64,000 nt of DNA. It comes from Alphaproteobacteria bacterium (GTDB lineage: Bacteria; Pseudomonadota; Alphaproteobacteria; RF32; CAG-239). The stretch spans positions 154,808-218,807 of the forward strand of contig SUUX01000001.1 in NCBI GenBank assembly GCA_015062305.1, given 5' to 3'. The position numbers and the translations under genes were made by a program. This document shows, piece by piece, positions 27,968 to 36,957 of this stretch (position 1 is the stretch's first letter; every line of letters begins with the position of its first letter). Below the pieces are notes generated by a model. The model was given only the letters and a program-made list of their open reading frames with translations, did no database searches and was not told the origin of the DNA.

Positions 27968-28774
27968 CTAATAAATTTTTAGAATTCCGCTTCTTTTGGA
28001 AGAAAAATTGCTTCTTAGCTTTTCTACATCATTTGTAGAGCATCTGAATTTGGTTACCAATCGTTCTATTGTTCCGATGTTTTTGTTTTTTAGGATATTG
28101 CAAAAAGGAGCAACGTCTTTGACGATGTGCGACATCATAGATGTGAAGCACCCCTCTCCCAATGAAGAAAATTCTCTTATATATGTTCCACTACTAAGCT
28201 CGGCTCCTTTTCTAACTTGAACAAAGCCGTTTAGGCAGCAACCAGAGCAAATAACCGTATCATAGGGATCGTTGCTATCCGGCAAATCACCTAAGCCTAC
28301 GCGGCAGTTGTGGTGGATTATAACATTGTTTAGGATATAACATCTATTGCCTATGATGGTTGCATCTTCATTTTCGGCGCTGGGAGCATCAACCAAAGAA
28401 TAAGCCAACAACTCCGGATGAGAATCAGACAAGTGATTATTACCACAATCTATTGAACAATTATTGTTGATAAAGTTATTGTTGCCAATGATTACCTTAC
28501 CCTGATAAAAATGGTAACCAATATGCTTGCCAGACAAACCGATTACTGTATTGTCTAAAATATGGTTATTGTTGCCGATTGTTGTTTTGCCTTTAATATG
28601 AACTGCTGTTCCTATATAGTTGTTTTCTCCAATAGAAACATCTTTATCAATATAGCAAAAATCACCTATGATTGTACCTGCTCCTATTTTTGCTCCGGAT
28701 TTGATAATCGAATTATAGCCTATTTTTACATCTTGGGCAATTTGAGCGCCGTCTTCGACAATAAAATTCTGCAC
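27968..28774 (-). CDS. LpxA-like left-handed beta-helix acyltransferase (orphan paralog with insertions)
   Basis: Hexapeptide repeats run through the N-terminal two thirds and a helical C-terminal domain follows, as in LpxA. Start set at GTG 28774, which has AAGGAG 6 nt upstream. The long N-terminal extension in the track is rejected. Confidence 0.55.
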   Translation of the reverse strand: MQNFIVEDGAQIAQDVKIGYNSIIKSGAKIGAGTIIGDFCYIDKDVSIGENNYIGTAVHIKGKTTIGNNNHILDNTVIGLSGKHIGYHFYQGKVIIGNNNFINNNCSIDCGNNHLSDSHPELLAYSLVDAPSAENEDATIIGNRCYILNNVIIHHNCRVGLGDLPDSNDPYDTVICSGCCLNGFVQVRKGAELSSGTYIREFSSLGEGCFTSMMSHIVKDVAPFCNILKNKNIGTIERLVTKFRCSTNDVEKLRSNFSSKRSGILKIY

Positions 28775-28918
28775 AATCTTCTCCTTTGCAATATTGATAT
28801 GGTTCGAATATATAGCAAAGATTGTAAAATAGCAAATACAAAAAATTAATTTGACAATATGGATTAATGGTGATTTATAATGCTTTGAAAATTCAATTAT
28901 TGTTAAACTAAAAAACAT

Positions 28919-29179
28919 ATGATTATGAAAACGCTTGTAGAGTTTATGTGTTATGTATTTTTCATTTTTGTAGCGATGATTGCTCTGGTTTTGTATGGTG
29001 CCTTCTTTGGTTGGTTTATCGGGCTGATTATGGGCAAACCCATATTGGCAGCGTTGGCCGGTTTTGGCATTAGCGGCATCACCATGTGGCAAATTGGCGC
29101 CCTACTCGGTTTTGTATCTTCTTTTTTTATCAGAAGAGGAGTTATCAACTATAAAAAAAATGATAAATACAGATACTAA
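28919..29179 (+). CDS. Small membrane protein (2-3 TM helices)
   Basis: 86-aa hydrophobic ORF with Gly-zipper-like GFGISGITMWQIGALLG. A TTGACA/TATAAT-like promoter lies about 28849-28880 and a hairpin follows at about 29233-29262. Confidence 0.45.
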   Translation: MIMKTLVEFMCYVFFIFVAMIALVLYGAFFGWFIGLIMGKPILAALAGFGISGITMWQIGALLGFVSSFFIRRGVINYKKNDKYRY

Positions 29180-29271
29180 AATGCTTAAATCAGCAGTTTG
29201 CTTTTTTGTGGCAAGCTGTTGTTTTTTTTATAAAAAACCACAGCTTTGTGAGCTGTGGTTAGAATGAGCTA

Positions 29272-29505
29272 TCAGATGTGATTGCGTTTATATAGCTCTC
29301 GCATCATCATGTTGAACTCAATTTCTTTTTTGGGAGAATAGCTTTTTCCCATTTCTTCAAATAAATAGTCAGCTCTTGCTCTGAGTTCTGAAACTGACAT
29401 TTGAGAAACCTTTTGAGATATCTCCCTGCCCCATTTGACTTTGAAATAACAATTTGTGAGCCATGAGACAATCAAAATAATAGAAAGCAGTAATAAAAAA
29501 AGCAT
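29272..29505 (-). CDS. Small single-pass membrane protein
   Basis: 77-aa ORF with one N-terminal TM helix and a charged helical tail. No family recognised. Confidence 0.35.
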   Translation of the reverse strand: MLFLLLLSIILIVSWLTNCYFKVKWGREISQKVSQMSVSELRARADYLFEEMGKSYSPKKEIEFNMMMRELYKRNHI

Positions 29506-29592
29506 GTGTTTTTGGGTTTTAAATTATGTAACAATTGTATATTTTCGGTTTTTTTATATAAAAATTACACTCAGATGTCAATATTATTGCAC

Positions 29593-29626
29593 AAAAAACC
29601 CCGCCCTGCAAGCAAGGCGGGGATTT
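29593..29626 (-). terminator. Intrinsic terminator of the flagellin gene
   Basis: On the minus strand, CCCCGCC...GGCGGGG is followed by T6. Confidence 0.8.
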
Positions 29627-29643
29627 GCTTTGGCCTGTGGAGA

Positions 29644-30687
29644 TTAGAACAGTTTCAGAACTGACTGAGCAGCCTGAGAAGCCAAAGACAAAGAGTTAAT
29701 AGCCAACTGCTGTCTGGTTTGAAGAGCAAGCATGTTAGCAGATTCTTCGTTCATATCGGCCAAGGTCAATTTATCGGCACCTTCGGTCAATACGTTAATC
29801 AAGTTTTCGGTAAACTCTTCACGGTTTTGAACGATTGAGTAGTTGTTACCAAATTTAGAAGACCAACCACGCAAGGTGGCAATAGCAGTCTCTACTTTGG
29901 TCATAGATTCGCCAATCTTGCCGTTTCCGGCTACGATATCGGCAGCAACTTTTTCATCATAAGCAGTTTGTTTGGCTTTCAATTGGCCTTGAGCAGTTAC
30001 AAGTTCGCCTTTTGCTGTGTTGAGAGCTTCCAAAGCGGCAGCTTTGCCAGCTGCATCAGCAGTATCATAATCAGCTTGAGCACTTTTAACATTACCTTCA
30101 GCCGTCTTAAGATTTTCTTTTGCTGTATTTAACTCTTCAAGAGCTGTGGTAGTTGCGTCTGCAACTTTACCCCAATCTTCACCATCTGCCATACCTAAGC
30201 CTGTAGAAGTGGCATCTTCACCTTCAATAGACAAAGATGATCCATTTTCACTGAATTTAACGGTCAAGTTGCCGTCTTTTAAGAGGTTTACACCTTTATA
30301 GCCGGAGTCGTTTGCCAATTCATCAATTTGGGTCATAATCTTGTTGAATTGTTCCATGTAGTTAGCACGCTCTGTACCATCGTTACTATCAGCGGCAGAC
30401 TGAGCAATAGCTTTTGCTTGCTGAGCAAATGTGGTGATAGCTTCGATACCTTCATCGGCAGCTTTAATAGTTTGAATAGCTTGACCCATGCTGTCTAACA
30501 AAGAAGACAAGTCACTGGCACGGTTGTTCAAAGACTGTGCTGTGTAGTAAGATGATGGGTTATCGATAGCTGAGTTAACTTTTTTTCCGGTGGACAAACG
30601 CTCTTGCGTTGTATCCATTAAGCTTTGAGTGTTCTGCAATGATAGCAGGTTAGATCTCATAGAAGCGGTCAAAGAAATATTAGACAT
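29644..30687 (-). CDS. Flagellin
   Basis: Conserved N-terminal D0/D1 (RSNLLSLQNTQ...LSTGKKVNSA.DNPS) and C-terminal D0 (LALQTRQQLAINSLSLASQAAQSVLKLF). Confidence 0.9.
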   Translation of the reverse strand: MSNISLTASMRSNLLSLQNTQSLMDTTQERLSTGKKVNSAIDNPSSYYTAQSLNNRASDLSSLLDSMGQAIQTIKAADEGIEAITTFAQQAKAIAQSAADSNDGTERANYMEQFNKIMTQIDELANDSGYKGVNLLKDGNLTVKFSENGSSLSIEGEDATSTGLGMADGEDWGKVADATTTALEELNTAKENLKTAEGNVKSAQADYDTADAAGKAAALEALNTAKGELVTAQGQLKAKQTAYDEKVAADIVAGNGKIGESMTKVETAIATLRGWSSKFGNNYSIVQNREEFTENLINVLTEGADKLTLADMNEESANMLALQTRQQLAINSLSLASQAAQSVLKLF

Positions 30688-30816
30688 GATTTTTCTCCAT
30701 ATACTGTGGACACAATGTTCGTCTTACTGACGTTACATTTGTCACTCTATCACAAAAAAACAAAAAAATCAACTGTTTTTTAATAAAAACTCATATTTTT
30801 ATTATTAATCAAACAG

Positions 30817-31371
30817 TTAGCTTATTTTACCAAAAGTGTTTTTGAGGTCTTTATAAGTGAGATATTCCCAAATTTCGATGATGCCGTATATGAAGATATA
30901 TGCCCCCATAAACGCAGTGATTGTTATCTCACCAACAACCGGATATGCCAATATCAGAAACGAAAACAACACCCCTATTACACCGGAACCAAGGCTCCAA
31001 CTCCATGGTAAACGGAGTCGATGCAGCTGATATGAAGCGGCAATCTGCACGATTCCTACAGCCAAACACCACAAAGCAAATATTATAGGCAAAGATGCGG
31101 CGGTAACCCCAAGATTTATAACAAAAATTGTGCCTACAAATATATCTAACAGAGCTAATAACAAATATTTGGTTGATGGCGACTCGGAAGAATATAGCAA
31201 ATAACCGCAACCGACAAATATGAATGCAACCCCTAAATATAAAGCCAGAGCCAACAAACTGATGGCAGGGTTGAACCACACATACACACCAAGAGCAGTC
31301 ATGATAGCTCCGGCAACAATGTGCCAAGAACCTAAACGCCCAGATGTCTTGGATATATTAATTTTTACCAT
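30817..31371 (-). CDS. HdeD-family (DUF308 repeat) membrane protein
   Basis: Six TM helices with repeated G..L...G......NP-type DUF308 pattern. Confidence 0.6.
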   Translation of the reverse strand: MVKINISKTSGRLGSWHIVAGAIMTALGVYVWFNPAISLLALALYLGVAFIFVGCGYLLYSSESPSTKYLLLALLDIFVGTIFVINLGVTAASLPIIFALWCLAVGIVQIAASYQLHRLRLPWSWSLGSGVIGVLFSFLILAYPVVGEITITAFMGAYIFIYGIIEIWEYLTYKDLKNTFGKIS

Positions 31372-31466
31372 AGGTTTTCTCCTAAAATTTTGTTGCTTCT
31401 AACCATATATAATCCGACTCTGAGGTTTTGTTAGATAAGTGCCAAAAAAAAATAGTAAAAAAAATA

Positions 31467-31495
31467 TTGACATTTGACAAATTTGACAATATTTT
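31467..31495 (+). promoter_or_regulatory. Sigma-70-type promoter P3 with A-tract; three phased TTGACA hexamers
   Basis: TTGACA at 31467, 31474 and 31483. TATTTT at 31490-31495 lies 17 nt from the first. AAAAATAGTAAAAAAAATATTGACATTTGACA is nearly identical to P1. Confidence 0.6.
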
Positions 31496-31501
31496 GCTCG
31501 T

Positions 31502-31906
31502 ACAATTTAATTAGTATGAATTTATTATTTCAATCAGAATAGCCTCTCCCGTTTGCACAGGTGTCGCTTCCATAATATCGTCAAAAAAATAAAGAACACC
31601 GGCCATCTCCACTGTTACATTCTCGGTTTCGTAATATGAGGTTGGGACGCTACTCTGATTTTTTAAGATATAACCAAATTTATATAGTAAGCCGTATAAT
31701 TTGGTTGAGGAGATTGAGTACTCTGGGTTACTCCTCTCCTCTTTGATAAACGCCAAGGGTCGTATCTCTAGTTTTTTCAACTTGCCATGTATTTCTAATT
31801 CTACTTAGGTTCTTGGCGTAGTGACAGCTCCCTGCTGTGACAGCAGTGCGTTTTCATGATTTCTTTTTGTTAGCGGAGATTGTCGTGTACAATCTCCTTT
31901 TTTTTT
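31502..31906 (+). ncRNA. Candidate structured RNA, copy 2 (5' module 31502-31664, 3' module to terminator)
   Basis: AATCAGAATAGC (31532-31543) pairs with GCTACTCTGATT (31649-31660), followed by T6. Then hairpins AACCAAATT/AATTTGGTT, GAGGAGA/TCTCCTC, CGCCAAG/CTTGGCG, CTGCTG/CAGCAG. Terminator GGAGATTG/CAATCTCC plus T9 at 31875-31906. Confidence 0.5.
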
Positions 31907-31964
31907 GCACAAAATTAAACCTCCTCTTTGCCTAAGAGGAGGTTTTTGAGCATAGATAGAATAT

Positions 31965-32381
31965 CTATTTGGCCTCTGCCGAAGTTGGCTTATGCTTATC
32001 TTGGAAAAATTTGCGATGCCAAGGACCTCTTTTGCCTTTATGTTCTTTAACCTTTGCTTTGTGTTCTGCTTTTATCTTGGCAAAGTTTTCTTTCTGCTCA
32101 GGAGTGAGAATATTTTCAAAATCGGCCATGTTTTGTTTGCGTAGTTCTTCCATTTGACGGTGATGTTCTTTCATTTTGGCTCGTCCGTCTTCTCTAATTT
32201 GTTTGGCCTTTGCTTTTTGTTCTTCTGTAAGATTTAATTTTTTTGCCAAATCTTGTTCCATTTTTTGCATATGCTCTATGCGTTTTTCCGGTGTCGGGTG
32301 CTTGGGTTCATTGGCAATAGAAACACCAGAGCAAAGCATGAGGACAGAAGCGCAAATAATTGTTGGATATAGTTTTTTCAT
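31965..32381 (-). CDS. Periplasmic Spy/CpxP-like (LTXXQ motif) protein
   Basis: Signal peptide plus repeated L(T/N)xEQ motifs (LNLTEEQKAK, LTPEQKENF). Confidence 0.7.
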   Translation of the reverse strand: MKKLYPTIICASVLMLCSGVSIANEPKHPTPEKRIEHMQKMEQDLAKKLNLTEEQKAKAKQIREDGRAKMKEHHRQMEELRKQNMADFENILTPEQKENFAKIKAEHKAKVKEHKGKRGPWHRKFFQDKHKPTSAEAK

Positions 32382-32382
32382 G

Positions 32383-32877
32383 TTATTCTCCTTTCAGAAA
32401 TTTTAAACGTTCAGCCAATATTTGGCGAGCAGAGTGCAATCTGGACTTGATGGTGCCAACCGGCAAACGCATTTTGTTTGCAATTTGCTCATATGATAGT
32501 TCTTCAAACTCGTACCAAATAACAATTTGGCGATATTTGGCAGGAAGATTGTCTACAGCTTTGAGAATGATTTTTTGACGTGTTTTGGTGTCTATAATCT
32601 TCTCCGGAGTTTCTGCCCCTGCTATGTTTTGCAAAGCCTCTTCATTGCCATCTTCAGATGAAGATTGTTTGTATTGACGAGAACGAAAATAATCTCGACA
32701 AACATTGGCTGCAAGTTGACTAATCCACTGCGTAAAGCGACCTTCTTCGTGATAGTTTGGCAAGTTCTTCCATGTTTTGATGAAAACTTCTTGCTCAATA
32801 TCTTCATTGTAGGTGCCGGTGAGTTTTTTGATGATGGCTCTAATTCGCCCACGGTTTTCTTTTATTATTTGTTGCAT
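32383..32877 (-). CDS. ECF-type RNA polymerase sigma factor
   Basis: Sigma-70 region 2 (EDIEQEVFIKTWKNL..Y) and region 4 (LS..EIA..M..P.GT.KSRLH.AR). Confidence 0.85.
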   Translation of the reverse strand: MQQIIKENRGRIRAIIKKLTGTYNEDIEQEVFIKTWKNLPNYHEEGRFTQWISQLAANVCRDYFRSRQYKQSSSEDGNEEALQNIAGAETPEKIIDTKTRQKIILKAVDNLPAKYRQIVIWYEFEELSYEQIANKMRLPVGTIKSRLHSARQILAERLKFLKGE

Positions 32878-32883
32878 GATATA

Positions 32884-33135
32884 TTATCCAACTAATAACA
32901 AACCATATTCATCTGTTGGCAGACCCATCTCTTCTATGCAAGACGGAGTGTCTGAAACAGCAAATTCCGTATCCCAATAATAGTGGTAACTATTGTGAGA
33001 AACAGGATTATAGGCCAAAACACCTACCCACATTATGGCGACTGTAGCTATGATAGATTTGATAGCATTGCGGCGGCGTTTGCGTGCAAAATAGAGTGGT
33101 TTGGCTTCTTTTATGATGAGCGAGATATCGTCCAT
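32884..33135 (-). CDS. Small single-pass membrane protein upstream of the ECF sigma gene (possible cognate regulator)
   Basis: 83 aa with a basic stretch, one TM helix and a short extracytoplasmic tail. The role is inferred from position only. Confidence 0.35.
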   Translation of the reverse strand: MDDISLIIKEAKPLYFARKRRRNAIKSIIATVAIMWVGVLAYNPVSHNSYHYYWDTEFAVSDTPSCIEEMGLPTDEYGLLLVG

Positions 33136-33196
33136 TGTTGTCTCCTTTCAAACCTTATAACGAATATTATAATCATAAGGTTCGAAAAAAATAAAA

Positions 33197-33781
33197 TTAT
33201 TTTTTCAGCTTGGTGATTTTTTGGGCAACTTCTGCTGAAAGTTGTGCTACTAAGTTGCTGTATTTGATGGCTAAATCATCATACGTGGTTTTGATATTTT
33301 GTTGCAAGTTTGTGCGTCCCTGCAATAGAACCTTGCCTTTGCCATTGTATATGCTCCACCAGGCGCTAAGAGTGGCTTCTTGCCCAAAAGTGGCATCAAA
33401 ACGGTTGACTTCTATCCAAACAAGATAATCAAATTGTTCTTGCCGAAAAGATGTGGGTTTAACTATAGAATTGGGGAGATAAACACTCAGATTATCGGCG
33501 ATTGCTGTTTGCATTGCATCACCCAATGGCTCACTCCAACGATGAAACTCTGATATGTTTAGTTCCACTTGATTGCTATCTCTGGTGACAATTTGCGGTT
33601 TGTCAAGATATTGAGGAATCTTAACTACTTCAATACCAATATTGGCTCTGATCTGCGGTTGGGCTTGAAATGTGTTATTGATAGGGTTGATGGTATAAAA
33701 TTGTGATGGAGCAGATACACCCACACAAGCTGAGACTGCAAACAGAGCTAAAAGTATATAATATTTTATGTATTTTTTCAT
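33197..33781 (-). CDS. ABC-transport auxiliary lipoprotein (PqiC/DUF330-like)
   Basis: Lipobox LFAVSAC. Immediately follows the MCE gene with a 1-nt gap. Confidence 0.65.
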   Translation of the reverse strand: MKKYIKYYILLALFAVSACVGVSAPSQFYTINPINNTFQAQPQIRANIGIEVVKIPQYLDKPQIVTRDSNQVELNISEFHRWSEPLGDAMQTAIADNLSVYLPNSIVKPTSFRQEQFDYLVWIEVNRFDATFGQEATLSAWWSIYNGKGKVLLQGRTNLQQNIKTTYDDLAIKYSNLVAQLSAEVAQKITKLKK

Positions 33782-33782
33782 G

Positions 33783-34565
33783 TTATTTGGCTCCTTGTTT
33801 TCCTTTGATTACGGATTCCGGATGACGTTCTAAATAATCTGCCAAATTACGAATGGAACGAGCGGCATCACTGATATTGGACATGGTGCGGTTAAAATTG
33901 GCAAGGGTGTCCGAAGAGGCTCCTGATTTGTCTGAGATGGAACGATTTATTTGATTTACCATACGTGTTATTTGTGGTAAAAATTTGGGAAATTCAGCAT
34001 TGAGTGTGGCAAAAAATTTGTTAAACTCAGCTACACTTTTTTGGATGGGCAAATTTTGAATACCTTTTGAAAGTTCTCCGATTGGAGAAAGAGTTGTGGG
34101 AATTTCTAAAACGTCTTTTTTGTGACTATGGTGCAAATGAATGGGGGTGCCTGGTAAAAGTTCTAGTTCTATCATTAGCATTCCGGTGAGATAACTTTGT
34201 GTTACCAAGCGAGCTCTTAACCCTTTTGCAATTAATTCATCTAATACCACTGCTCGCTCGTCAAACGAACTGTCTTCTACGTTTTTGCGTGGTTCAACTC
34301 TGGCATATACGGGTATCGAAAACTCTAAATCTTTGGCATCGGCTATGAGGTCTATGGATACAACCTTGCCTATATGCACCCCTTTAAATACAACAGGTGA
34401 CCCTACGTTTAGACCATTTATAGATTCTTCAAAATACATGACAATCATTTTGCCATCTTCGGAAAAAACTTTTTCTTTGACATAATATGCAAAAACAGCG
34501 AGCAAAACCAAAAAGCCGCTAACCATAAATATTCCAATGAGTTTTTTGTTTGGTTCTTTGCGCAT
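33783..34565 (-). CDS. MlaD/MCE-domain substrate-binding protein
   Basis: N-terminal TM anchor followed by the MCE core (GLNVGSPVVFKGVHIGKV). Confidence 0.75.
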   Translation of the reverse strand: MRKEPNKKLIGIFMVSGFLVLLAVFAYYVKEKVFSEDGKMIVMYFEESINGLNVGSPVVFKGVHIGKVVSIDLIADAKDLEFSIPVYARVEPRKNVEDSSFDERAVVLDELIAKGLRARLVTQSYLTGMLMIELELLPGTPIHLHHSHKKDVLEIPTTLSPIGELSKGIQNLPIQKSVAEFNKFFATLNAEFPKFLPQITRMVNQINRSISDKSGASSDTLANFNRTMSNISDAARSIRNLADYLERHPESVIKGKQGAK

Positions 34566-34566
34566 A

Positions 34567-35322
34567 TTATTTGCCTCCTCTGGTTAAAAATCGAGCAACC
34601 TCCGAATTGGGGGGATTTTTTAGTAATTCTTTGGGATTGCCTCTGGCGCCAATTTGTTTGATATTGGCGTCTAAAAAAATGGAATTGGTTCCAATATTGA
34701 AAATTGATTCTAACTCATGCGTAACGATTACTATAGTGGTGCCTAAACTCTGGTTTATGTCTAAAATTAAATCATCTAAAAGCTTGGAACTAACCGGGTC
34801 TAGTCCTGCGGACGGTTCATCAAAATAGACAATAGAAGGATCTAGGGCAAGCGCTCTGGCAAGTCCGGCTCGTTTCTTCATGCCTCCGCTAATCTCTGAT
34901 GGAAAATAATCGCCAAACCCGGCCAAGCCAACCAAAGATAGCTTAAACTCAACCAACTCACGAATAAATTTATCTGAATAGTTGCTGTATTGCTGTAGAG
35001 GCAAGGCAACGTTTTCTGCCAATGTCATAGAGCTGAACAAGGCACCGCTTTGATATAAAATTCCACAACGTTGCATAAGCTTGTCTTGCTCTGCTTTGGT
35101 AGAGGCAGTAAAATCTATGTTATCTATGATAATGTGTCCTTTTGAAGCCGGAACCAAACCGGTTAAAACGTGTAACAAACTGCTCTTGCCACAACCACTG
35201 CCGCCCATTATGATGAAAATATCACCCTTATTAATGCTGAAATTGAGTTTTTTGAGCAACACAAAATCGCCATAAGCAATAGTAAGATTTTTGACAATGA
35301 TTTGAGGTGTTTTTGCTATCAT
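34567..35322 (-). CDS. MlaF-like ABC ATP-binding protein
   Basis: Walker A (GGSGCGKS), signature (ISGGMKKR) and Walker B (VYFDEP). Confidence 0.85.
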   Translation of the reverse strand: MIAKTPQIIVKNLTIAYGDFVLLKKLNFSINKGDIFIIMGGSGCGKSSLLHVLTGLVPASKGHIIIDNIDFTASTKAEQDKLMQRCGILYQSGALFSSMTLAENVALPLQQYSNYSDKFIRELVEFKLSLVGLAGFGDYFPSEISGGMKKRAGLARALALDPSIVYFDEPSAGLDPVSSKLLDDLILDINQSLGTTIVIVTHELESIFNIGTNSIFLDANIKQIGARGNPKELLKNPPNSEVARFLTRGGK

Positions 35323-36434
35323 ATTCCTAATACCTCAAAAATAAGAGTGATAAAACCCGTGGCAACGATCATCCACACAATTGAACTGACAACTGCTTTG
35401 GTGGTGGCAAATCCGACGCTATCGGCATTGCGGCCGCAATTGATGCCATAAAAGCATCCGCATAAAGATATAATTATCCCAAAAACAAACGAATGAAAAA
35501 TTCCAACCCAAAAGTTTGTGAGAGAAAGTGCTTTGTGAGTATATAACAAGTATTCTTCGGGCGGAATATTAAGAGTCAGCACACCGACGGCAAAACCGCC
35601 TAATATACCCATAAAATCCGCTAAAATAGTAAGAATAGGCATAGATAATACAAGAGCTGTAATGCGTGGCAAAACTAAAAAATCGGTGCTGGAAATACCC
35701 ATGGTTTTGAGAGCGTCTACTTCTTCGTTTACTTGCATACTGCCTATTGATGCAGCATAGGCTGCTCCGGTTCTTCCGGCCATGACAACACCTACCATTA
35801 TTGCTCCCATGATGCGTGTCATGCCAATGGCAACCAAACTGGAAACGTATATCTGTGCTCCAAAACTCTTTAGCTGTATGGCGCCAACAAAAGCTAATAT
35901 TAGCCCGACCATAAAACTAACCAAAGAAACTATCCCAACAGCACGATATGTGCAGTCTTCTAAAGCATATAACCAATCTATTTTGCGCATGGTGGCCTGA
36001 GCTGAAAATAAACGTTCAATAGAATGCCAAACATCAATGATGAATAAAAATGTTTTTTTGATATTAGCGAGAATAACAAGTGTAAGACTACCAACTGAAG
36101 CAAAAAAAGATTCACAGACTTCTTTGTTTTGAGGAGGCTTGCGATTGACCAATAAGGCCAAGCGAACAAGACGTTGCAAATTTGATGGCATATTGCTTGT
36201 GGTGACATCTATTTGCCGGTGAGCAGCAAGTTTGTATAAATTAAATAAAACTGTGGCTAAAGAAGTATCCCACTGCTCAAGTGATGATGCTGTTATATGA
36301 ATTTGGCGAATGTTTTTTGAAGAAGCCGCAGACATCAATTTGGCGATAGAATTATCGTCATTAAAATGAATAAAGTTGCCACGCAAAAACACTTCCAATA
36401 TTTGGTTTGTGATAGAAAACTCTATTTGCACCAC
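35319..36434 (-). CDS. MlaE-like ABC permease with N-terminal STAS-like extension
   Basis: The C-terminal ~250 aa match the MlaE permease pattern (GAQIYVSSLVAIGMTRIMGAIM...). About 110 extra N-terminal residues are present. GTG start after GGGGGAAA. Confidence 0.7.
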   Translation of the reverse strand: MVQIEFSITNQILEVFLRGNFIHFNDDNSIAKLMSAASSKNIRQIHITASSLEQWDTSLATVLFNLYKLAAHRQIDVTTSNMPSNLQRLVRLALLVNRKPPQNKEVCESFFASVGSLTLVILANIKKTFLFIIDVWHSIERLFSAQATMRKIDWLYALEDCTYRAVGIVSLVSFMVGLILAFVGAIQLKSFGAQIYVSSLVAIGMTRIMGAIMVGVVMAGRTGAAYAASIGSMQVNEEVDALKTMGISSTDFLVLPRITALVLSMPILTILADFMGILGGFAVGVLTLNIPPEEYLLYTHKALSLTNFWVGIFHSFVFGIIISLCGCFYGINCGRNADSVGFATTKAVVSSIVWMIVATGFITLIFEVLGI

Positions 36435-36491
36435 TTTCCCCCTGCTCTATCGATTGTTTTTAAATTATTATCAATGGTACAATTGTCAAGG

Positions 36492-36785
36492 TTATTGGGC
36501 AAGAGTTCTTAAAAAACTATGTATGGCAAAACGGTTGATATGACCAATTCCCTCCCAAAATTTGGCATTATAATAGCCTCTGGGATTGTCGCTCATTTGG
36601 CGAAAATCGTTTCGAGAAAGTCCTCGAATACGAAGAGGAGAATTGTAGTAATTATAGCCTCCAAAACCACTGCTATATGTGGAGTTTTTTGGGGTGCGCA
36701 AATAACTTTGCTCATATCCCTCATAATAAGAGACACAACCAAACAGAATTAAGCTTGTTAGCAATATGCATATTTTTTTGCTCAT
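36492..36785 (-). CDS. Small lipoprotein
   Basis: ATG 36785 with AGGAG upstream and lipobox LILFGC. Tyr/Gly-rich mature part. Confidence 0.5.
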   Translation of the reverse strand: MSKKICILLTSLILFGCVSYYEGYEQSYLRTPKNSTYSSGFGGYNYYNSPLRIRGLSRNDFRQMSDNPRGYYNAKFWEGIGHINRFAIHSFLRTLAQ

Positions 36786-36957
36786 CAAAAAACTCCTATC
36801 TGAGTGGTATTTTAGCATAAAATGATATGGTCTGTCTATTAATTTAAACAAATTTCAAAACCAGGTATGTATAGAAATGCAAAAATATTATTTTTTGAAA
36901 AATTTTATTTGCTTTTTTATTTGGCTTGGTATATACACTTTTTTTAGAAAATATTAT

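Noticed and set aside
28775-29092. N-terminal 106-residue extension of the LpxA-like ORF in the track
   Set aside because: The extension overlaps a plausible divergent small membrane protein gene and promoter. A GTG with a perfect AAGGAG lies at 28774, right where the beta-helix begins.
31511-31780. 89-aa minus-strand ORF
   Set aside because: It has a TTG start with no Shine-Dalgarno or convincing promoter. It lies entirely antisense to the predicted RNA and has no equivalent in the paralogous copy. Not annotated as a CDS, but flagged in a finding because it cannot be excluded.
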